Positions 37,243-43,965 of a DNA stretch of 43,965 nucleotides are shown here, piece after piece. A program made the translations under genes and the position numbers. The notes below the pieces were generated by a model, which was given only the letters and a program-made list of their open reading frames with translations, was not told where the DNA came from and did not search any database. The number at the start of each line of letters is the position of its first letter. The stretch's first letter is position 1. Source of the DNA: Candidatus Aenigmatarchaeota archaeon (GTDB lineage: Archaea; Aenigmatarchaeota; Aenigmatarchaeia; PWEA01); assembly GCA_046539325.1 (NCBI GenBank), contig JBKHHD010000007.1, positions 1-43,965 of the forward strand, written 5' to 3'.

Positions 37243-37800
37243 ATGGAAGATAAAGACTCGCGACTGGATGAAATTTCTCAGTTGGTTAAAGAAAGGTTCA
37301 ACGAGGCAGATGTAAAGGTACATGGATTTACGTGGTTCTTCGGGGAACACGTTTCTGTAGTCGAAGATCTAGCGCTGGACCTATGTGATAAATACGGAGC
37401 TGACAAAGAAGTTGTCAGAGCAGCAGCATTGCTTCACGACGTAGGACTTATAGGTGAGGGTCCCGAAGGCCATGAGGAGAGGAGCGCGGATGGGTGTAAG
37501 AAAATACTTGCAGACCATAATTTTTCCAAGGAGTTCAGAGAGAAGGTTTCAGATGTTATACTTGACAATGGTGATACGCTAGAGGGAAGGGTTCTTGAAA
37601 CTGCAGATGCTCTAAGCCACTTTAAATCTGCTCATTTCTTCGTAAAGGCGGCTACAGAAGATACGTACGAGGATTTCAAAGCCTGGGCTATAGAGAAGAT
37701 AGAGTATGATCTCAACAGGATACATTTTGAGGAAGAAAGCGAGGAAGCGCAAAAATTAGCTGATCTCTTCCTCGAACGTCTTACCTACACGGACCAATAG
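37243..37800 (+). CDS. HD-domain metal-dependent phosphohydrolase
   Basis: EHVSVV, AALLHDVG, HEERSA, ADALSH. Confidence 0.9.
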   Translation: MEDKDSRLDEISQLVKERFNEADVKVHGFTWFFGEHVSVVEDLALDLCDKYGADKEVVRAAALLHDVGLIGEGPEGHEERSADGCKKILADHNFSKEFREKVSDVILDNGDTLEGRVLETADALSHFKSAHFFVKAATEDTYEDFKAWAIEKIEYDLNRIHFEEESEEAQKLADLFLERLTYTDQ

Positions 37801-37846
37801 GCATTTAGAAAATCCAAAAATATCTTCTCAAGACTTCCAACTTAGA

Positions 37847-38851
37847 TCAGTCGAACAGATCTCTGTACTCACCGTAGCCCCTTTCCTCCAGCTCCTCCTT
37901 CGATATGAACTCGAGGGCTGCGGAATTTATACAGTAACGTTTCCCTGTGGGTTCAGGTCCGTCCATGAACAAATGACCCAGATGTGAGTCGGCTTCCTTA
38001 CTCCTTACTTCTGTCCTGCCATCATCTTCCTCACTGGTTACAATATTCTCCTCCTCAAGAGGCCTGAAGAAGCTGGGCCATCCACTCCCAGACTTGAACT
38101 TCGCCTCCGAACTGAAAAGCGGCTCGCCCGAAACAACATCCACGTAGATACCTTCCCTCTCGTTGTCCCAGTACTCGTTGTTGAACGGCCTTTCAGTAGC
38201 GTTCTCCTGCGTAACCTTGTACTGCATAGAACTTAGCTCGTTTTTCAGGTTCTCATCTCCAGTAACTGAACAGCCTGAACTACAGGAGCCCTTATCGCTG
38301 TCCACGTAGTAGTCCTGGTGGTATTTCTCTGCAGGGTAGAACTCTTCTACGGGGAGAATATCCGTAGCTATATCTCCGTCTTCACCCAGCTCTTCCTTTG
38401 ATTCCTCTGCCAGTCTCTCCTGCTCTTCGTTATGATAAAAGATAGCGGTCCTGTACTGAGATCCTCTATTGGCTCCCTGACCTCCCGCGTCTGTGGGGTC
38501 TATATGCTCCCAGAAGGCCTTGAGAAGCTCCTCGTAGCTGACTTCATCGGGATCGTAGTAAACCCTAACTGCTTCACGGTGGCCGGTTTCCCCTGAAGAA
38601 ACCTCCTTGTAGGAAGGATCCTTCACGTCGCCGCCTGTATACCCGTTTATAGCCTCCCTGACACCGTTCATCTCTTCAAACGTCTTCTCAACGCCCCAGA
38701 AACATCCACCGGCAAAGGTCGCCTTCTCCAGATCGGACTCCTCGAACCGCTCAAATTCCTCGGTAGCCTTTTCCTTTCTGGAACTGCTGAACATAACCAT
38801 GGCTACAGAAAGGGCTGCAAACGTCCCAAGGGCCAGATATGTTCCTCTCAT
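37847..38851 (-). CDS. msrAB: fused methionine sulfoxide reductase MsrA-MsrB with N-terminal membrane anchor
   Basis: [38 protein letters not shown]. Confidence 0.95.
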   Translation of the reverse strand: MRGTYLALGTFAALSVAMVMFSSSRKEKATEEFERFEESDLEKATFAGGCFWGVEKTFEEMNGVREAINGYTGGDVKDPSYKEVSSGETGHREAVRVYYDPDEVSYEELLKAFWEHIDPTDAGGQGANRGSQYRTAIFYHNEEQERLAEESKEELGEDGDIATDILPVEEFYPAEKYHQDYYVDSDKGSCSSGCSVTGDENLKNELSSMQYKVTQENATERPFNNEYWDNEREGIYVDVVSGEPLFSSEAKFKSGSGWPSFFRPLEEENIVTSEEDDGRTEVRSKEADSHLGHLFMDGPEPTGKRYCINSAALEFISKEELEERGYGEYRDLFD

Positions 38852-39007
38852 AACAAAACCACCCGATATAGCTTATTCCAAAGGAGGTTATAACGTTGTT
38901 ATATTTTCTCCTGAGCACATAAAAGCCTTTGTGTAATCTAAACCTTTCTTAAACGATGTCGTGGTGATAAGAACAATATATAAAAGTTTTGGGTTCAATT
39001 TTGAAGC

Positions 39008-39592
39008 ATGGACGAAAAAGAAACGGATGAGGTTGTTCTCTACGACGGACCGTTTATAGACTGCGAGGAGCTCGGTAGATCTACAGAAAACCGCAGGAGT
39101 ATATTCCCAGATCATTTTACGTATCCAAAGTGTTCCAGAGTTCTCCGAGACCTTGGAATAGAGAAGCTCGAAGAGGAAGCAGGCCCCTACAAGGTAGATG
39201 CTTCAGCTTCCAAGAAGGAGATTGAAGTGAAATATCTCGAATCGGATGAGCTTGATGCAGATGACTATTCTGTAGAGGAGATTCTATTTGAAGGTGGCTT
39301 GGTCATCTACGAGGAGAGGGAAAGCGAAGATGCAGGTCAGATCGACGCAGTCTGGGAGCAAGGGAAGATATGGAAATCATTTGAAGACATTGACAAGTTC
39401 AAGGGAGATGGTGCCCTCGAAAAGCTAATATTCTGTGAAAGTCCGCACGAAGAAGAAAAGATTTCGAGGATAGAAGCCATAGCCCAGGGATTCAAAGATC
39501 TAAGAGAGAAGAAGGAAAAACGGAAAAGGAAGCTACAGATGAGTTCCTACGAACAAGGCAAGAGGGATGGAATGCCTACCCGTGGTCCCTGA
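39008..39592 (+). CDS. hypothetical acidic protein, paralog 1
   Basis: Colinear similarity to 39985..40584; TATATAAA about 25 nt upstream. Confidence 0.85.
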   Translation: MDEKETDEVVLYDGPFIDCEELGRSTENRRSIFPDHFTYPKCSRVLRDLGIEKLEEEAGPYKVDASASKKEIEVKYLESDELDADDYSVEEILFEGGLVIYEERESEDAGQIDAVWEQGKIWKSFEDIDKFKGDGALEKLIFCESPHEEEKISRIEAIAQGFKDLREKKEKRKRKLQMSSYEQGKRDGMPTRGP

Positions 39593-39857
39593 TAACAGAA
39601 AGCTCCGAAGCAACGTAGTCTATGATCAGACCATAACCGAGTCCTGCGAAGAAGCTAGGCACATCACGGAAGCCGGTTGACAGCGAGAGGCCGAAGGTAA
39701 CTATTCCTCCTAGAAGCAGTCCTCTGACGTACCTGTTTGACTTTCCACCCGTAATCTCAAGATCTCCTGCAAGTCCGATCACGAGTCCCATGACCGAACT
39801 CATTGCTAATAGGAACAAACTTGAATTCGATGGACTTGAGAACGAAAAGATAATCAC
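39576..39857 (-). pseudogene. probable 5'-truncated membrane-protein gene
   Basis: Coherent three-TM C-terminus (MGLVIGLAG...RGLLLG...STGFRDVPSFFAGLGYGLIIDYVA), but a low-quality N-terminus, no clear start and overlap with the neighbour's 3' end. Confidence 0.5.
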
Positions 39858-39984
39858 CTTTGACCATATGTACCAGGCATTGAAAAGGGAATGACCTCGG
39901 TATCTATGATCACGAGGATTCGAAAAAGTAACCCCAAGAGATCAAGCCCAAGGTATATAAATTTCGAGGAGCTGAAAAGGAACT

Positions 39985-40584
39985 ATGAATGACAAAGATA
40001 TGGAAGAAGTTCGTCTTTATGATGGTCCCACTATAGACTGTGAGGAGCTTGGTCCATTCGTTGGTGAAAATAGAAGTTCTATAGTTCAAATGCGTAACCC
40101 TGCGGTCTATCCGATATGTACTGATGTTCTTGAAGACCTCGGCATAGAGAGGATAAACGAAGAGAGGGATCCCTACAAGGTAGACGCTTCAGCTTCGAAG
40201 TACAAGGTTGAGGTGTTGTACCGCGAATCGGATGAATTTGATGCAGACGAATATTCTGTTGAAGAGGTTCTCTTTGACGGTGAAATAGTCATCTACGAGA
40301 AAAGGGAATCCGAGAATGCAGGACAGTTTGATGCACGTCTAGAGGGTGGAAATATAAAGAAATCTCTCCAGAATTTTGACAAGTTCGCAGATAACGGCGG
40401 TTTGAAGAATCTAATATTCGGAGAAGACCTTGAAGAAGAGGAAGAGATCAGAAGGATAGAGGCCATAGCTGAGGGCTTCAAAAACCGAAGATACCGTAGA
40501 CATGAGGCTATTACAAGGGCAAGATTGGATGGCCACCGGAAAGGAAGATTAGATGAAAGGGAGCATCCAGGCGGACCTTTCTAA
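39985..40584 (+). CDS. hypothetical acidic protein, paralog 2
   Basis: Shares LYDGP.IDCEELG, PYKVDASASK and RIEAIA.GFK with paralog 1; own TATATAAA. Confidence 0.85.
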   Translation: MNDKDMEEVRLYDGPTIDCEELGPFVGENRSSIVQMRNPAVYPICTDVLEDLGIERINEERDPYKVDASASKYKVEVLYRESDEFDADEYSVEEVLFDGEIVIYEKRESENAGQFDARLEGGNIKKSLQNFDKFADNGGLKNLIFGEDLEEEEEIRRIEAIAEGFKNRRYRRHEAITRARLDGHRKGRLDEREHPGGPF

Positions 40585-40709
40585 GACCCCGTCTGTTATA
40601 GTGGCCCTTGACAACAGAAGGATTTAGAAGACAAACGACCTATAACCAGAAACCTCTTAGTAAATATTTTTATTCTTCAAGAAATATACACTAAAGGAGG
40701 CCTAATAAA

Positions 40710-40946
40710 GTGGATAAGACTTATGAACTTCCCAACGTTGAGGAATTCTTCACAAGTTACACCGACGAAAAAGTGAAAAACATCGGCGAAAGAAGTGACG
40801 CTGTAAACGAATACGACAGCGATAAGATAAAGGAAGCCGTCGATAACATTGATGAACTTAAGGAGAAGTTCGCGAGAAGGGAGGAACAAACGGAGAAAGC
40901 TTCGAAAGTTAGTCAGGGCGCACTCGACATCAGGATCGATATCTGA
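40710..40946 (+). CDS. hypothetical small acidic protein
   Basis: AAGGAGG RBS, GTG start, coding-like bias. Confidence 0.65.
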   Translation: MDKTYELPNVEEFFTSYTDEKVKNIGERSDAVNEYDSDKIKEAVDNIDELKEKFARREEQTEKASKVSQGALDIRIDI

Positions 40947-41071
40947 TACAAATTTAAGTCTGTCCTAAATGTATTCCGCAGTATTCGTAGACCATCTTAC
41001 CTTTTTACACTTCCTGGCCCAACAATAGATATCTTAGACAAAAGGAATAGTAAGGCCAAGTCCTCCTCTTC

Positions 41072-41620
41072 CTACTCGATTTCAGGCCACTTGTCTTCCG
41101 GCTCCAGCTCGTCATCACTTCTGGGCTCTTTGTAATCCCGGATGGGTTTGTAGGCATGTGCTTCAGAGTCCCAGGCTTCTTCTCCATAAACGTTGATGAA
41201 CGTAAACCGGTCTTCAACGACATCTACCTCATCGTCATCGTCGTATTTATTGCTGAGATGAGCATAGGAAAAGACACCGCCCCTCTCGGACTCGACCAAT
41301 GTTCCAAGGGGCTCCTCATACACGGGTTCATTCAATATTCCCGGGGGTTCCTCACCGTCTCTTTTTCTCCGGAAAAGTCCCTTCATTTCTTCCCCGTTCC
41401 AATTAACATGTTTTACTGTGTAATCTTTAGGTTCTTTCAACGCACGTGCTTGTTCAAAAAGACCTCTGTTGTCAGGTATTACCGATGCATTTTCAATGAA
41501 CTCCTCACTTTCCACGTCTATATCTTCAAAGGGTTTATCACACCCCATCTTCTTTACTATATCTTTGCACGATCCAATAATTTCCTCTCTTTTCCTTTTC
41601 TTTTCAGGACCGACAGTCAT
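41072..41620 (-). CDS. hypothetical acidic protein
   Basis: GGTGGTG RBS before ATG 41620; acidic composition like the real genes. Confidence 0.75.
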   Translation of the reverse strand: MTVGPEKKRKREEIIGSCKDIVKKMGCDKPFEDIDVESEEFIENASVIPDNRGLFEQARALKEPKDYTVKHVNWNGEEMKGLFRRKRDGEEPPGILNEPVYEEPLGTLVESERGGVFSYAHLSNKYDDDDEVDVVEDRFTFINVYGEEAWDSEAHAYKPIRDYKEPRSDDELEPEDKWPEIE

Positions 41621-41747
41621 ATTCAACACCACCTGTTGTTATTAGACGTGCTAAAATATTTAACTTTTTACCAAAGCACAAAAATAAAAACGAAGATAAC
41701 CCACCGAAATCTATAAAAAATTTACTGTCGAACAGAATATTGATAAA

Positions 41748-42274
41748 ATGAACAATATCAATATCCTTGGAGGAAGTTATGGGAAGACCGATACAGAGCC
41801 TTCAGTCCGCGACGAATTTTCTTCTGATGTAGAATCCTTTTACAGGAATGTTAAGAACTACATAGAAGATGACAAGGAGGAATTAGAAAGTGATCTTGAG
41901 AGATACGAGGAATTTGATGAAACGTTTGGAGAGCTAGTTGATGTAATAGATACAGAGACCGATGTCTTTGAAGATATGGTTAATAAGAGAATCAAGAATC
42001 TTGCGGCGGCTGAGAAGTGCACGGAAGTGGTGGGTTGTATGGACGAGATGATAGAGAGATACGATGAGATAATTGAAGACTGTGAAACAGGGGTCTTGGT
42101 AGCCACGTTGATCTTGATGTCTTCACCCAGATCAGTGAGAAGCCAGAAGAAATCTACAATCTCAGAAAGAAACTTTGCCAGAAGTACGCCGAGTATAAGG
42201 ATAAGTTAGAGGAATACCAACCACCTCTTGTGGAACTAGCAGTAAAACTTGAAGAAAGGAAATTGAGGAAATAA
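41748..42274 (+). pseudogene. frameshifted hypothetical helical protein
   Basis: The acidic frame turns atypical after CETG (about 42090); the -1 frame continues GLGSHVDLDVFTQISEKPEEIYNLRKKL...EERKLRK* to TAA 42272-42274. Confidence 0.7.
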
Positions 42275-42300
42275 ATCAAAGTATTTTGTAATCCTTTTAA

Positions 42301-42439
42301 CCCACCAGATCCCTGTACGGTTCCTCCCCAGGAACCTACCCAGTCCCAACCTCTTTCACCGTGGGCACAGCTTTCACCAGGAATATATTCTCTCGTCGGG
42401 GCTGAAAAGCTTCATTCTCCGAAAGTATCTTTCTTCTGG
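42301..42439 (-). repeat. non-coding element copy A (candidate structured RNA)
   Basis: Shares an exact 20-mer (42339-42358), a 13-mer (42373-42385), TCTCGT and CTTCTGG with copy B. Confidence 0.75.
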
Positions 42440-42519
42440 TCTGGGAAAATTGATTACTCAAATTAATTTTACTCATATTGGGATGAAAAATTTAAATCTT
42501 AAGGTCTAAACGAGAACCT

Positions 42520-42927
42520 ATGCCAACAGGTAATTTGGGAGGGAAATTCGAAAAGAAAAAGAAGGGCAACTACAACCAAGGAACTTTTAGGGAAATACTC
42601 AATGAACACTCAGAAGAAATAGAAAGAATCGCTGGTTACGCTAAAGTAAACGGGAAGGATTATAAAATATTGAACCAGAGTTCAGAGAACGGAGATGCAT
42701 CGCCAGCCGATGATGTTGATTTTGAACTGCCGAGAAAATTTCAAGGACCCGGGGATCCAGACGGTATTGTAGCGGTGCTCGATGGCGGAGCAAGGAAACA
42801 CATTATCGAGGCCTCCTACTGTTATGATATCACTCCTATAAATGAAGAAATAGAGGTGATGGTTAAGGGAGACAATGAAGAAGAACTGGAGGACGACCTC
42901 GAGGAAATAATCCAAAGGTATTTCTAA
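42520..42927 (+). CDS. hypothetical protein
   Basis: 135-aa acidic ORF with TTTAAA upstream. Confidence 0.75.
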   Translation: MPTGNLGGKFEKKKKGNYNQGTFREILNEHSEEIERIAGYAKVNGKDYKILNQSSENGDASPADDVDFELPRKFQGPGDPDGIVAVLDGGARKHIIEASYCYDITPINEEIEVMVKGDNEEELEDDLEEIIQRYF

Positions 42928-42955
42928 AATAGCAGCAGACTAGACTATAATTTCT

Positions 42956-43681
42956 TTAATCTATGAATCTCTTCGCATTCTCGTAGAAGATCTTTTCAGG
43001 ATCGACGTTAGACTTCTCAACCTCTTCGATTGTTGAAGAGTACCAAAAATCCCTGTCTGAAGGCGTGAAGTCAGATTCGTAGACAAGCTGATCTTCAAAC
43101 CCCTCTACTTCTTTCAAATATCCTGAATCAAAGATCTTTCCGGGAGTGGAAGTGCCGAGAAACACCCCTTCCATTTCCTTTAACCTCTCAATATCCTCTT
43201 CATCCGAAGAAGCGGTTAGTCCGTAGAGGGCTCCGGCCCCGTGGACCAGGTAGAGGTCTATTCCTGTCCCTTCTGAATATTTTTCTATCGTATCGAGAAA
43301 CTCCGGATATATTTCATCGGTATGGATCTGAACTTTGCCGAGGCCGGCTTCAGCACATTCGTCGATTTTCTTGTCCACGGCCTCCTGGGAGTGTAGACCG
43401 ATCATTTTTGAGTGTATCTTTGCAAACTTAAATTGATCCGCGAAGTCTTCCAGAGACTTCCTATCGTCCTCGGGTTCTATGTATAGTCCGGGGTGGATGT
43501 CACCGTCCTCGAGGAAGGACTCTATTTCATTCAAGTCATCTCTGCGGAAGATTCCGAGGAAATTATCCAGACCATGGCTTTTGCCGATTTCTTTCATCCT
43601 CAGGATATCGGAAGATAGGTCTCTCGATACAAAGTCAGTGGGGTAGTGAAAGTGGACATGTCCGTCTATCTTTTTCTCCAT
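42956..43681 (-). CDS. amidohydrolase-superfamily TIM-barrel metallohydrolase
   Basis: IDGHVHFH, KIH, QIHTD, LVHGA, YESDF, KIFYENAKRF. Confidence 0.8.
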   Translation of the reverse strand: MEKKIDGHVHFHYPTDFVSRDLSSDILRMKEIGKSHGLDNFLGIFRRDDLNEIESFLEDGDIHPGLYIEPEDDRKSLEDFADQFKFAKIHSKMIGLHSQEAVDKKIDECAEAGLGKVQIHTDEIYPEFLDTIEKYSEGTGIDLYLVHGAGALYGLTASSDEEDIERLKEMEGVFLGTSTPGKIFDSGYLKEVEGFEDQLVYESDFTPSDRDFWYSSTIEEVEKSNVDPEKIFYENAKRFID

Positions 43682-43744
43682 CTTTACACCACGCGTTAGA
43701 ACCATTATACCTTAAGCTTAAATTTGTGGTTCCATGGTGAGCGG

Positions 43745-43917
43745 ATTCAGAACCTGATCCAACCCGAGAAGGTTCACCATAACCTCCGAACTCTATTTCT
43801 GGGAGCCCTAACCCCAGTCCCAACCTCTTTCATCCCAGACACACACTTCACCAGGAATAAGGTTTCTCGTTAAGGGTTGGAAAGACTTAAATTCCCTCCA
43901 AAATATCCTCCTTCTGG
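43745..43917 (-). repeat. non-coding element copy B (candidate structured RNA)
   Basis: 20-mer at 43813-43832 and 13-mer at 43847-43859, at the same spacing as in copy A. Confidence 0.75.
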
Positions 43918-43965
43918 CCTTCAAGCATTCACAGAATAATCTGTTTGGAGAAAACATAGGAAATC

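Noticed and set aside
42355-42381. Hammerhead ribozyme core (minus strand CUGGUGA...GAAA)
   Set aside because: The core deviates from CUGANGA and copy B cannot form the equivalent stem II.
43735-43780. tRNA-like 3' end on the minus strand (GGTTCTGAATCC...CACCA)
   Set aside because: The T-arm and acceptor geometry are wrong and there is no anticodon arm; I treat it as part of repeat copy B.
43635-43823. 62-aa minus-strand ORF and other short ORFs across the repeat copies
   Set aside because: Frames are not conserved between copies, composition is atypical and this ORF overlaps the amidohydrolase start.
42339-43870. Repeat pair as the template/variable region of a diversity-generating retroelement
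   Set aside because: Differences are not adenine-specific, neither copy lies in a gene's 3' end and no reverse transcriptase is in the window.
1-43965. CRISPR array, tRNA/rRNA, integrase or transposase
   Set aside because: I saw no regularly spaced repeats, cloverleaf or recombinase motifs; the Cas2-like ORF has no cas neighbours.
1-43965. High frequency of AAGCTT/GAGCTT/GAGCTC hexamers and possible stop-codon recoding
   Set aside because: The hexamers are explained by Lys/Glu-Leu codon pairs; TAA, TAG and TGA all terminate conserved genes at the expected positions.

Overview
Archaeal chromosomal window, most likely from a salt-adapted DPANN archaeon (Aenigmarchaeota/Nanohaloarchaeota-like). 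This is an inference from the Glu-rich acidic proteins, archaeal-type core genes, TATA promoters, GGTGA ribosome-binding sites and DPANN-style small membrane proteins. 1-19 kb is core housekeeping: rps15, recJ-like DHH, rps3ae, ychF, nusA-like, rli, topA, radB, cdc48. It is interrupted by an unexplained four-gene locus at 8.0-13.0 kb: a disordered Arg-rich protein, a coiled-coil protein, an EndoIV/xylose-isomerase-like TIM barrel and a nucleotidyltransferase-HEPN-zinc-finger fusion. A Cas2-like small ORF leads the cdc48 operon. 18.5-24.6 kb is a glycolysis cluster (tpi, class II fba, ADP-dependent kinase, nnrD, pgk, gap). 26.5-31.7 kb is a nine-gene DUF134/DUF5320/NifX/CDF/MinD-ferredoxin metal or Fe-S module with twin operator-like sites. 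31.7-38.9 kb holds an RHH regulator, ADP-forming acetate-CoA ligase, an orphan PAS histidine kinase, GNAT, HD and MsrAB. 39-44 kb is a variable region with tandem paralogs, a truncated gene, a frameshifted gene and two copies of a ~110-170 nt non-coding element that looks like a minus-strand structured RNA. I found no tRNA, rRNA, CRISPR array, integrase or transposase. All family calls come from motif recognition by eye, not from database searches.
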